Shown: positions 1-12,722 of the stretch, piece by piece | Numbering within the stretch: the stretch's first letter is position 1 | Layout of the letters: each line of letters starts with the position of its first letter | Assembly: GCA_965203295.1 (NCBI GenBank) | Contig: CBDBCZ010000017.1 | Location: 1,376,001-1,440,000, forward strand | Direction of reading: 5' to 3' | Length of the DNA: 64,000 bases | Source of the DNA: Nitrospirales bacterium | GTDB taxonomy: Bacteria > Nitrospirota > Nitrospiria > Nitrospirales > UBA8639 | Made by a program: the position numbers and the translations under genes | Notes under the pieces: generated by a model | What the model was told of the DNA's origin: nothing | Databases searched by the model: none | Seen by the model: only the letters and a program-made list of their open reading frames with translations

Positions 1-914
1 AGATAGAAATACCATAAACTGGCGGGTTGTACCATGGGTTGTACACACCGTTCAGCGGATTGACTGAACGCTTTGCACGGGCGTTAAAGTTTACAACACA
101 TACTCGTCGCTCCCGTTGGACCGTTTGTATATTATGCTAGTATGATATGGGGACAAGGGGGCAGGCTATTATAAGTTTAGTGGTGTTGGTACGAAACACC
201 GTTGAATCACAGCCACAATTGCACATTTATCTATAATACAGAGATAGGCCAGGGAATTCTGTGTGCTAGAAGCCAGAAAGGTCCTTTTTTAAGTTACAGC
301 CCCTGTATATCCTATAAATTTATTCTGGTCTATAGATCTGTGAGTAATATTAAAGCCATGGCCAGTTAGTGTACATGCCCTGTGTGTGCGTAAATTTGTT
401 GTCATTATTTCATGACTTAAGATGTATTGGATATGTTAGTATCAATGTCACTCGACCATATTACACCGTGCGCACTTGTGTAGTGGAATGTATGCTGTAT
501 GTTACAATGTCAGTTGAGTGTAGCACATACAGAATACATAATATAGGAACAACATAAAATATGTGCCCATGTCACAATACCACTAGAAAGAGCTGTAAGA
601 ATCTTCAGCTTAGGCTATGCATCTGTATAAGCTTAGTGTATACGTGCCAATGTTTATTGGAAGGTAGGTTTATCAGTGGATGTACTTGTGGTAACCTTTG
701 TGAGGGAGTACTAGTAACAGCTGGAATTGAGTACTAGTGTCTGCTAGTGTGCCACTTTTTTTCTGTGAGGTCAGCAAACTATTAAAGACCGTTGTTGCAC
801 ATGTACAAGTGCGTGCAGAGAGGCCCATTTCAGGGAGCCGTCTCATTCCCCATCGGTGAATGTAATTCCATCCCAACTTGAGCTCTTCTGTCGTTTCAGA
901 GCACTCTTGTCCCA

Positions 915-1210
915 CTCTAAGACATTCTAGACTTGCAGTCTAGTCGTCCTAAGTCATTCTAGACCTAAGACATTCTTGACTTGTACTCTAGAACTCGTCC
1001 TAAGACATTCTAGACTTGTACTCTAGAACTTGTCCTAAGACATTCTAGACTTGTAGTCTAGTCGTCCTAAGACATTCTAGACCTAAGACATTCTAGACTT
1101 GTAGTCTAGTCGTCCTAAGACATTCTAGACCTAAGACATTCTAGACTTGCACTCTAGAACTCGTCCTATGATATTCTAGACTTGCACTCTCCTTCTAGAC
1201 TTGCAGTCTA
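915..1210. repeat. Minisatellite built from CTAAGACATTCTAGA(CTTG) units (~15-33 bp)
   Basis: Direct reading of repeated units. Confidence 0.85.
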
Positions 1211-1637
1211 CAGCTCGTTTTTTTTTTGTTGTTGTTGTTGTGTCTTAAAACAAGCTTTTTTTCTTTCGTTTTTTCTTGGCTGTGTTTGCCCGAGAGCCCA
1301 GGCTATATCTAGCTGCCATGACAAACGTGCTTACAGATAACAGAATACTTACAAGCTGGCTTCAAGTCCACTGCATGTGTTGTAATTCCATTGTTGGAGA
1401 GACTGGGTGTAGAAATGATTACCTCCTGGTCTGCATGCATGCAGTTGGTCATGGCCTAGAAGACTGGACTAGATTCGTTTTTGTTTTTTTCATTGAGCCA
1501 TAAAACTTTCCAACTCTTGCACTGGCATTTACCAAACAGTATCCCGTTTTGTTGTTTGTTGGTATCCATGTACTGGCAAGTGCTACTAGCTGGTTTAGTG
1601 GCTATATAAAGATTGCCTACTGCTCCTCTGCCAAGGG

Positions 1638-1711
1638 GCTCCAGTAGCTCAATTGGTAAGAGCATCTGACTTGTATTCAGAAGGTCCTGGGTTCAATCCC
1701 CAGCTGGGTCC
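1638..1711 (+). other. tRNA-like sequence (Thr-TGT-like cloverleaf), probably part of a repeat/SINE rather than a functional tRNA gene
   Basis: GCTCCAG-TA-GCTC..GAGC-A-TCTGA-CTTGTAT-TCAGA-AGGTC-CTGGG-TTCAATC-CCCAG-CTGGGTC followed by a T-run; one acceptor-stem mismatch; related copy at 34862-34933 (-) has a different anticodon loop. Confidence 0.55.
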
Positions 1712-2475
1712 CTTTTTCTCTCAGGACTTTTTTACTCTCTCAGAAAGCTTATCATCTCTTGAAGAGTTTGCAATGCAGCGGTTTCTTGTCTTCTAGCTTG
1801 CCATGCTCGTGTGGTATGGTATGCATAGTGCTAATTAGCCCATCCCACCCTTTTTTTTAAGTGCATAGCTTTGATCTTGGAGATAGGATGGGACCTGACT
1901 CTAGCTAGCTACCTGTACAAGGGGAAAACCCTTCTACTTAAATGAGGTCATTATTTGCCCTGTAATTTCTGAGGTCATCAGAAGTTTACAGGTGTTCACA
2001 CCTGTGTAATACCACTAATTTTAGGGCCATATATATGACCCCCATTTACTGAAATCCTGTACAGAGGCTTGCGGGTTGTTTGTCCAGTGCAATAGGCAAA
2101 TGTAAGTTGATAGTAGAAACTGTAAACTGTTTGCCTTTGATTCTGACAGCCTAACCTAATTAAGTACTTGAGAGCCACTGCCTATTTGCCTTCTCCTGTG
2201 AACAAGCAACTTGCAAACCTCTGTATTACGAAATGGCAGGCTGACCTTCCAGCCTTCCTTGGAGATGAGGTGCTTGTTAACTCATGCTTGTTGCAAAGAG
2301 GAAACTCAGAAACACTTTTTGTGTGATTGCCACTAGATATTAGGTTCATTAATGTGGGTGTGACTAAAAACCTCCCACACAAATAGCTATGGAGTCCCCA
2401 CTTTGTGCATAAAGCCATCTGACTGATGGAAGAGTGAATTTATGGCCCATTATTGCTAATTTGGTCTAAGAGGAG

Positions 2476-2671
2476 CCTTGCGTGCATCCCACATAGCCTC
2501 ATTCTCATGCCATGTAGCCTCATTTCCATGCAACATAGCCCCATTCCCTTACCACATAATTCCATTCCCATACCACACAGCCTCATTCCCATACCACATA
2601 GCCTGATTCCCATTGTGCATAGCCTCATTCCCTTACGCGTAATTCCATTCCCATGCCACATAGCCTCATTC
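2476..2671. repeat. 21-bp minisatellite (CACATAGCCTCATTCCCATAC), ~9 units
   Basis: Direct reading; produces the 7-aa periodic spurious ORFs. Confidence 0.8.
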
Positions 2672-2839
2672 TCACGTCATGTAGTCTCAAACCCCAGCTT
2701 GCCATCCCCCTCAAACTGTGTGTGGGAGACTTCCAGTGGCACTAAGGTAGAAATTTTTTTGTGTTTCCCTAGTTGGAAAGAAAGGGGAAGCCAGGGACCT
2801 CACTGATTAGAACTGATGGGCAGTTAATTTTCAATCGTT

Positions 2840-3094
<255 letters not shown>

Positions 3095-3701
3095 CCCTGT
3101 TTCCAAGCCACTCAGTCAGAAGTATCCACTGTTTGCACACATACGCCATGATTTTATGGGATGTCCCTTCTTTGGCTCTATACTAGTATACGGGTAGTAT
3201 ACAGGTAGTATACCAGTAGAAAAGGAGTAGTATGCATACAGTATACCAATATTGGGCTGGTGTTGAAGTAAGGGATGTATTCAAGAGTAATTTGTATCTT
3301 TGCCTTGGCCAATCCATTAGGACAACAGCAATAGAGACAGTCACAAATTAGCTATTAGGCTATGCTCTAATTCTCACAGCCACCACCTATTGGCTTGAAA
3401 TGATGCCACGTTCATAAATACATGTACTGTGTGGGACATACTTGTATACATGTATAGCTGTATAGAATTTGAGAAGCCAGAAGTTGAGCTGTGATGATTG
3501 TGGAAGGAAGCACAGTGCAAATCATGAATTAGTGTGAGATTGAACTGGGAGGGGCAAACCACTTAGGTGATGACAATTTCAGGAATTGAACTCAAGGTTG
3601 TACACTCAATTACGCTTTCTAGAAGTTAGAACCCTATGATGCTCTTTCTGTGTAAAATTTACACAGAAAATGTGCTGCATATTGTACGTGTCCTTTAGCA
3701 G

Positions 3702-4239
3702 TAGCCTTGTTCCTAGGCCCGCGACTTTCTCGTTTGCACGAAATGCACAATAATCATCACAGGGCCTGGTATCTAAAGTCGTGTGCGCTGGCAAAAAGGT
3801 AGAACAGTAGTAGAACAGTGATTATGAGCATGGGCGAGTACGGTTGCAGCTTTTCTTTGTAGCTCGTTTTGTGCCATGAACTTACCAGCAACTTGTAAGA
3901 AAGTCTCCAGTAAAATGTAGAGCAATGCACGAAGGAAAGTCACAGGGCCTGGTAACTAAAGTTACGTGATCAACTTACGTCATAATCCACTTCGAAAGAC
4001 GGCTGCATTTTACAGGAGACTTTCTTTCAGCAGTGAAAACTATGGCACAAATGGGCTATAAAGAAATGTGGATTCGCTACCTTCACTCGTTGTCTGAGAA
4101 TTGCACATGCACTCGCCCACGCACATAATTACCTTTCTACTACCTTTCTACTCTTGGCCTTGTGCACGTGATTTTAGATCCCAGGCCCTGTGACATCTTT
4201 TGTGTAACTGAAAATGGCACGGGTCTGGGAACAAGGCTA
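3702..4239. mobile_element. Rearranged/compound copy of the TAGCCTCGTTCCCAGG-TIR element
   Basis: tagccttgttcctaggcccgcg ... gggtctgggaacaaggcta; internal blocks match 27034-27401 in both orientations. Confidence 0.7.
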
Positions 4240-5538
4240 GTGAACCTAAGCAGCAGCGGTGGCTCAGTTCTGGGTTTATCACACCATGGGCACATTCTGC
4301 TGTTGAGTAGCGACCCACAACAGAAGCCCTATAGGAACTCCTCTTGCATTCCAATGGCCACAGATACAGGTGTTTCAGCTTCCTGTTTTCATAGTCCCTC
4401 CTATTGCATCCACTAGTTTTAACTTTCAATCTTTTATATAGCAGCAATCCAGTGTATACTTTACTGTTGAAAATGTGTAGTGGATTCTACATACCTACAT
4501 GCACCACTCAACCGGTCGATATCCCTCGGTCGATATCCCTCGGGTGCATTGCCTAAGGGGATTGGATTGGTCTGGCTTCTTTAATTGCTATGTCAATATA
4601 TGTTGCTGTTTATCTCACATTACATCATTTCTAATACATTTCATTGGATGAGAGCAGTAGGATATATAGGCACATATCCTATAGTTCTGTACTTCCTTAG
4701 GTACATATTAGTAGCACAACCTCCGGCTACTTCACGATGCTATGTCAATATGTTGCTGTATAACAGGAATATTGGTTCTAAGTGGCTAGACCTTTTTTTG
4801 GTTGTTGTCAATCATTGCCAAGTGGGTTACCATAAAGGCCAGAGTGTGTGTGCTGTGTGGGGTAACTTACTGTATCTAGCCTTGTTCCCAGGCCCGCAAC
4901 TTTTTCTGCTTCATGAAAGCCGTCACAGAGCCTGGGATCTCTAGAGTCTCTGTGTTCAAACTGACGTCAGTATCTGCTTCGAAGGATGGCTGCATTTCTC
5001 ATTACCTAGTCTTCATGACATTCAATCTCTGAAAATAAAGGGGATACAGTAAGTGTACTTAGGCCCAATATGGGGGTACTTTATCACAGGGGAGGGACAC
5101 AGTGCCCCTCTAAAGCAACATAGAGAACCCTGCTTAGAGAGAGTGGAGAGAGTTGAATGCTTAGAGAGAGTGGAGAGAGTTGAAGGAAGCTATAAGACTG
5201 TAAAAATGTACTGCTTGCTGTGTAACGTCTTGCTGGCCTACCAAGATAACATGGCCGTGAGTTGAACTTATAGCGGTCTGTTGCAAATGTATATACTTCA
5301 GTGTCTTGTAGCCTAACTTAGGTCCAGCTCTGTCGCTATAAACGCTGGTATGATCTGGCAGTAGCATCTTGTAGCCTAAGGTCCTGTGGACCCACTCTTG
5401 CAGTAATTAACACTTTTGCTGAAACTTACCTCTGTCGCTATAAACGCTGGTAAGGGGATGTGCTGGGTTTTCCCTCAGCTAGCTGGATGATGTAATTATA
5501 ATTATGTTGATTAAAGCAACCATGTGTTGAAGCTAGCT

Positions 5539-5995
5539 TATGGTTCTTGTTCCTGGTTGACGTGCCAGTTGGTGCAATATTGTCTGTACTGTGATAAGGA
5601 TAGAGGAGGTTGACGTGCCAGTTGGTGCAATATTGTCTGCACTGTGATAAGGATAGAGGAAAGAAGATTTTTGAGAGAGTTCCATAGCAATAGCATATGG
5701 TTCTTGTTCCTGGTTGACGTGCCAGTTGGTGCAATATTGTCTGCACTGTGATAAGGATAGAGGAAAGAAGATTTTTGAGAGAGTTCCATAGCAATAGCAT
5801 ATGGTTCTTGTTCCTGGTTGACGTGCCAGTTGGTGCAATATTGTCTGCACTGTGATAAGGATAGAGGAAAGAAGATTTTTGAGAGAGTTCCATAGCAATA
5901 GCATATGGTTCTTGTTCCTGGTTGACGTGCCAGTTGGTGCAATATTGTCTGCACTGTGATAAGGATAGAGGAAAGAAGATTTTTTGAGAGAGTTC
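5539..5995. repeat. 104-bp tandem repeat, ~4 near-identical units
   Basis: Unit starts at 5699, 5803, 5907; partial unit at 5542. Confidence 0.9.
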
Positions 5996-6815
5996 GACAA
6001 TGTACACAAAGTGGAGCCCCTCTATGGTGGACACTTTGGAGACCTGGTAAAGTGTCCTGTAAAGAGAGGTGCCCTCATTTCAGAGATGTCCTTATTTCAG
6101 GGGTGTCCTTTAACGGGGGGGGGTTCCACTGTAGATGTAGACATGGCCATGACACAGTTTATGGTAAGCCGTTCTAGTTTATTCTCACTATGCCTCACCC
6201 CCTAGCCTGGGGGCGTCTCCCCCCCTAGCCTGGGGGCGTCTCCCCCTCTGTTCTCTAATGGAGAGAGGATGTGGAAACTTTCCTAAAGTGACTCTCTCTC
6301 TTCTCAAGTTGTAATCACATGTGCCATATTTGGCAAGGCATTTCCTCTTATGGAAACTCTACAGAATGTCACATGTATGATTGCGCTGCCATAGTAACCA
6401 TAGAAGCCTGTTGTTTTACTAGTGTAATATAAAGGTGGTAAAGTGATTGAGAGTGTAACGTATTATACTTAAACAGGTCCCAATATGCATGGAACCCCTC
6501 TAATGTGGACTCCTTGGGGACCTGGTAAAGCGTCCTGTATAGAGAGTTGTCCTCATTTTAGGGGTAAATTTAAAGCATGTTTGGGACACAGCCAATTAGT
6601 GTCCTTAATGCAGAGTGTCCTTATTTCAGTGGTGTCCTTTAAGAGAGGTTCCACTGTAATATAAATGTCAAACTTGTCCAATGGTGCCGTGTCCTGTCCT
6701 ATCTCCTTTGTGTATAGTCCCAAAATACTCTGACAATCCCTGTACACACAGGACTATCCTAACAGCGTGCCCTTATCACAGGAGCAATCCTGTATTATAT
6801 GCCGGAGTATCACTG

Positions 6816-7039
6816 GCTCACAAATGTAGATAGTTAACTTGCTCACAAATGTAGATAATTCACTCGCTCACAAATGTAGATAGTTCACTTGCTCACAAAT
6901 GTTGATAGTTCACTCGCTCACAAATGTAGATAGTTCACTCGCTCACAAATGTAGATAGTTCACTCGCTCACAAATGTAGATAGTTCACTTGCTCACAAAT
7001 GTAGATAGTTCACTCGCTCACAAATGTAGATAGTTCACT
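6816..7039. repeat. 25-bp minisatellite (GCTCACAAATGTAGATAGTTCACTY) x9
   Basis: Units at 25-bp spacing from 6816. Confidence 0.9.
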
Positions 7040-9768
7040 GTATGAATTGACCTTTACTGTTGTAGGAGTTGCCTCTAGAGATAGTCCGCTAATAGGAATG
7101 CATCCTCCCCCAACCAATTAGGGAAGATAAACAAAAGCGAATGAATATACAATGACTGCGTTATTCATCGTTGTTGTGGTTACTTGTTGCTGGAGATAAA
7201 CTCCCAACAAGTGTTTGTTTTGTTTTTTTTGCCAAAGCTTGTACGTGTGTAATAGCTGGCGTTGCTCTAGGCCCGTGCTCGCTAGCACAGTCGATCACAA
7301 GTAGAATACAATTTGGGCCAGGCATATGCATACTCGGGACACATCTGCGTCATTAAGACAGCAATCAGCCACACCCACACTTTGGGAACGACCATACACG
7401 AGCGCTGTACACTTTTGAGTACGGCTATACAGCCAGCTGCACTGTATCAGCAGCACAAGTCTGGGATCCATTCAGGTCCCATTTGTGAATTATTTAGTGC
7501 AGTGTATGTCTTTACTAGAGACTTCTAGTTGCGTGAAGCCAGGCCTGCCTATATGCTTAAGAATAATTCTTGCAATAATTATATGGCCGGACAATTTTTT
7601 CTTTTTACCACTGACAAATACTGCAAAGTACTCTACAAGAATAACCTTGTACTGTAATCTGATGCTGTGTCATTAAGAGAAATTGCATTTCCTGGGTCTA
7701 AAGGTGATTGCGTAGGTAAATAATTGCAATTTGTATCAATAGAAGCCTACAAAAATGCATAGTTTAATAGATGCAAATCTGTGACCTGGCTATGAATTGC
7801 CAACTCACTTACATCAAAAGTCTGCAGTGGAACCCCTCTTAAAGGACAACTTTGAAATAAGGACACCCATGGACACTTTGCTATGTCCCAAATATGCTGT
7901 CTTAATACATGTATAATCCTAATGAGGACACCTCACTATACAGGACAGTGAGGACACTTCACCAAGGTGTCCACAATAGAGGGGTTCCACTGTATATCTC
8001 TTTCTAGCTAGGATATAGGCCTTGCTAGCAAATGGTTTCCAGTGCATACCAGGCAGATAAAGGCAGCAGGTGAATGTAGAATTGATCCTCCATTTAAAAG
8101 GCTTTCCAAGAAGGGTTTTAAAAAACACTGATTTTGTTAACCACCCTGAGCTGATGGCCACTGCAGCTTGTAATGTGTGAACACACTCTCCCTTCATGGT
8201 GAAGGGGAAAGTGCTGACATAAGCAGTTATTAAGAGAAAACATAGAAACTGAAAGTAGACCCTTGGAGTCCATGGGTCATTTTGGAAGATTTAGTCAACA
8301 GTGGGGGGTCAATATGAACAATTGTCAAGGGTGGGGGTCATTGTGAGTAATTGTCGATAGTGGTGGAGGGGGGCATTTTATACAATTGTTGGGGGGGGGG
8401 GGGCATTTTGAACAACTGTCAAGGGGGTTATTATGAACAGTTGTTAAGGGGGGGGGTGAAAAAGTAGAATGCTGACGACTTTGGTGGGGCATGCTTTAGT
8501 AACTGGGACCTATAGATGGACCCCAAAATACCCTTGGGGGCATTAAAATCTTCTATACTGCCAGTGAGCATGCAAGGTTGTGGCTGAGCCAAGTGCCTTG
8601 CAGTTAGCTGGGCTAGAATAACCCTCTGCAACAGCACTTGTAGCTCTCCCGGTGAGATCACCTTAGACTGGTTACGCACACTTACAGCCAAGAGGGCCAA
8701 CCAGCTAGCCGTGATGGGAATGTTTATGCTCGGGATAGCAGGAAACGTTGTACAGTGTAATCCTTAAAGGGACACCCCTGAAATCGAGACACTTCTGTTT
8801 TAAGGCTATATATCCAAAAATTTGCTTCTCAATTTACCTCTGAAATGAGGACACCTCTCTCTATACAGGACACTTCACCAGGTCCCCAAGGTGTCCACAA
8901 TGGAGGGGTTCCACTGTATTTGGTGTGGTATTGTCTGTCAACAGTCTGCAAACTAAGTGGCCAAAAGTGTGTGTTGTTGTTGCGACTACAGCCTCTTGCC
9001 CAGGCTATAAATAGCAATTGTTCAAAATGACTCCCCACTCCCCTAACAATTGTTCAAAATGACCCTTCCCCCCCCCCCCCCTTAACAATTGTACCAAGTG
9101 ACCCCCACCCCTCAGGGGTGGAGAAAAGTGCTTGGTACACACACTGATTGTGCAATCTCTAACAGTTTTCCCAGAAATTGTCCTGGGAATTGGAGACTAG
9201 CAGGCCACCCTGTAATGTTATCCTTGGCAACCAGCAGGAGGCTATATATGTATGAGGTCATTATAAGCTGTGAGGGAAGGCCTGGGTACGAGGCTAGTAA
9301 TATTATCCTTGGCAACCAGCAGGAGGCTATATATGTATGAGGTCGTTATAAATCGTGGCGTGTACTTCTGTGACGTCACTTCAATCCCATGCACTGCATC
9401 TGACGTAAGCGATGGCACGCATCACGTGACGCTTACTTCCAGGCCTTAACCACGCTTTTTGCTACGGCTGCGAAAAAAGCTGTGAGGGAAGGCCTGGGTA
9501 CGAGGCTAGTAATGTTATCCTTGGCAACCAGCAGGAGGCTAAACATGTATGTTTAACTTTTCCTGTAACTGAGGTTTCAGCTGGTACAATTAATCTGATG
9601 GCTTTGTTGATCTCTCATGTACTGTTACAGGTGATCATGTAAGACTTGGTGTTCTGTACTGGTGCTTGTGGCAGCTGTAGACTACAGGTGATCTTGTAAG
9701 ACTTGGTGTTCTGTACTGGTGCTTGTGGCAGCTGTAGACTATGTACAGGGGTCTTGTTTCTGCTGGGG

Positions 9769-10550
9769 CAATAGATAGGGCTGAGCCTATTATGCTCAAA
9801 AAGTACCTATTATGCATATGCTGCACTGCTCCAAAAATCTTTCCTATTGCAATGGTCGGCAGTGGTCCGGTCTAACCACCACTCAGCCTTTTTGACCACC
9901 ACTCAGCTAATGTTTAACTCTATTTACAGTATTTGTAATATAGGAGAAAGTCTGTTTAGCTAATAGAAGTGTCTTGGAGATTGCATTTTGACCACCACTC
10001 AATGTCTCCTAGGCAGAACCTTGCTATTATGCTCAATAAATGCCTCAAATTATGCTTACTAAATGTGACCCTCACAGCAAAAAACAACCATCTGGACTGT
10101 TTCAAGTATGCTTGGGTGATGTGCATTTTCATAATTTTAGTATGTTTGCTGATATTGGACCACTCCCCTCAAGGTTTGACGGTAAGACATTGGTAGCTTG
10201 CTGAGTTTCCGCTACACATTAATTAAATGACGTAATTTCCCCAAGAAATTTACCTATTATGCTCGCATTATGCTCAATGCTTTTGCGTACCTATTATGCT
10301 CATTTTAATGCCGGCATAATCGGCTCACCCCTAGCAATAGATCCTTTCCCAGATAGAATGGGAGGGGGGGGGGGGGGGGTTAAGAGGCACTAAATGGAGA
10401 AAATTACATGGAAACGTGCATGTTTTTGTGCTTTCATGTAAATTTTATCACAAAACATTCATGTTTCCATGTGAATTTTTCATAATTATGTGACTACTTT
10501 TATCCCCCCCCCCCCCCCCCCCCCCCATCATCATGGTAAAGGGTCTATTG
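9769..10550. mobile_element. Unclassified TIR element (CAATAGA(C/T)CCTTT termini), interrupted by the hAT element
   Basis: caataga[hAT]tcctttcc ... gtaaagggtctattg; homologous copy at ~16655-16838 (aggcactaaatggagaaaat..catgtttttgtgctttcatgtaaatttt). Confidence 0.6.
9776..10333. mobile_element. Non-autonomous hAT-type element with 8-bp TSD
   Basis: TIRs tagggctgagcctattatgc / (rc) taggggtgagccgattatgc; GCAATAGA at 9768-9775 and 10334-10341; internal CCTATTATGC repeats. Confidence 0.8.
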
Positions 10551-10579
10551 TTTCATTTTGTTGTCTGTTAATGAATGTC

Positions 10580-10614
<35 letters not shown>

Positions 10615-11187
10615 AGAGTCTGATAGTGGTATCTACATGTAATTACTTGTGGTATGCTATACACAACAACTTCCTAATATGGTCCCATCTCACTATTGAT
10701 TAGCATAATGAGCATATGTGTGGAGAGTGCTTTTATTGGAGTTTAGTTTTACCACAGACTATGTTGCAACGATGCGTTTATGCATTAACGGACTGTGAAG
10801 ACAAGCTACAGGAAGTGTAGATTCACTACCTTCACTCGTTGTCTGAGAATTACAACTGTACTCGCCCACGCTCATAATTACCGTTCTACTACCTTTCTAC
10901 TCCTGGCCTCGCGCACGTGACTTTAGATCCCAGGCCCTGTGACAGCTTTCGTGTAACTTGTCTGCTGTGAATTTTAACCCGAGGTCCTCTGTTAGGCTCT
11001 GTACCACCTCTGAATTTAGTGATAGTCTGTTTGGCTTCCTTTCTGAGTTTTCCTGTGGTTGTTGTTGAGGTCAGTTGTTTTGTGTTTTTAGTAACAGTTG
11101 TAGTTTCAGTGGCATGTAATGAGATGTAGGGAAGCCTTGCAAGTTCTCATTAGGATCAGGTTTCAGAATTCAAAAAAGGGCCAGCCT

Positions 11188-11347
<160 letters not shown>

Positions 11348-12033
11348 ATCACTGTAACTCCTTTGAGTGCGATAGGCATATTTATAGGCTTAGTAATAGT
11401 AATTACTTCCATATATGACAACAGGCATATATATATACGCCTAGCAATAACTTCCATCCAAAACAACAAGGGGTTAGACCCTGCCAATAAAGCTACGCAG
11501 CAGTAGGAAGCTAAGACTTTACTCTCTCTTATGAATAAGATCGACCTTTCACACACGTGTGTAGCAGCACATTCAGTGGAATTGCTTATTTATCTGCACT
11601 CTATTGAAACTCCAATTGTGCAGCAGTTAGTGCTCAGGCCCAGACTGTATACATTGAAGGTTACTGGGGCCCAGACTATATACATTGAAGGTTACTGGGG
11701 CCCAGACTATATACATTGAAGGTTACTGTGGTGTACCTGACTGACTATATGCCCACTGCTGGCGTGTGACTCTGTGGGTCTCTTTATGGTAGAGTGTGTA
11801 TACCCTGATTTGTATGGGCTAGTGCACCCTGTTCCTTAGTTGCCTGTTGTAGCCTCATTCCCAGTCTCTATTCCCAAGTTTTCCCCCCAGGCCCATTCCC
11901 ATGCGGTTTTGTGGGTGATGTGTGTAGCCTCATTCCCAGTCTACATTCCCAAGCAGTTTCCTAGGCCCATCCCATGCAGGTTTGTACGTGATTTAGTTGG
12001 TGTATGTAGCCTCATTCCCAGTTCGTTTTCCCC

Positions 12034-12065
<32 letters not shown>

Positions 12066-12546
12066 AGGATCATTCCCATGCAGGTTTGTTTAGGCCATAT
12101 ACATGTATGTAACCTCATTCCCGGGTTCTATTCCCCAATTCAATGATTCCCTGTTATTGCCATAGTTACTTCTAGTCTGGTTCCCAGTTTCTACGATCAT
12201 TCCATGTTTTCTTTTCTGGTCTCATTCCCAGTTTTCCAATCCCCAGCTATTAGTTTGTTCAGTGGATGGACAAAGAGTCAGTAGCTTGCCAAAACTTCTA
12301 TACTTGTCTGCTCTCATTCCTGTTGCTTCACTTAGGGACGGTACGTGGATTAGCATTGGGTTTCATTATAGGCATGCTTGTCATATTTTTAAAGAGTAAC
12401 GGTACCATGCATAGTATGTGAGATACCTTGGTGCACACTCTCTCCTAATGGTTGAGTGAGAGTGCAATAGTGTACATGTGTGGCCGAGCTCATACTTATG
12501 GGCTAGAGCACGTCACTACATGCATGTAGTATTTATAGGGTGGCTA

Positions 12547-12722
12547 CAGTGGAACCCCTCTATTGTGGACACCTTGAGAACCTAGTGAAGTGTCCTGCAT
12601 AGAGAGGTGTCTTCATTTCAGGGGCATATTTCTATAAAGAAAGTGTGTCCGGGACATGGCAAAGTGTCCTAAATACCGAAGTGGCCATACTTCAGGGGTG
12701 TCCTTTAAGAGGTGTTCCACTG
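12547..12722. mobile_element. CAGTGGAACC MITE copy
   Basis: TA-flanked, both TIRs present. Confidence 0.8.

Noticed and set aside
1638..1711. Functional tRNA-Thr(TGT) gene
   Set aside because: Acceptor-stem mismatch and a sister copy with a different anticodon point to a repeat family; not fully excluded without tRNAscan.
5438..6034. Three overlapping 138-198-aa ORFs on the - strand
   Set aside because: Products of the 104-bp tandem repeat cycling through frames.
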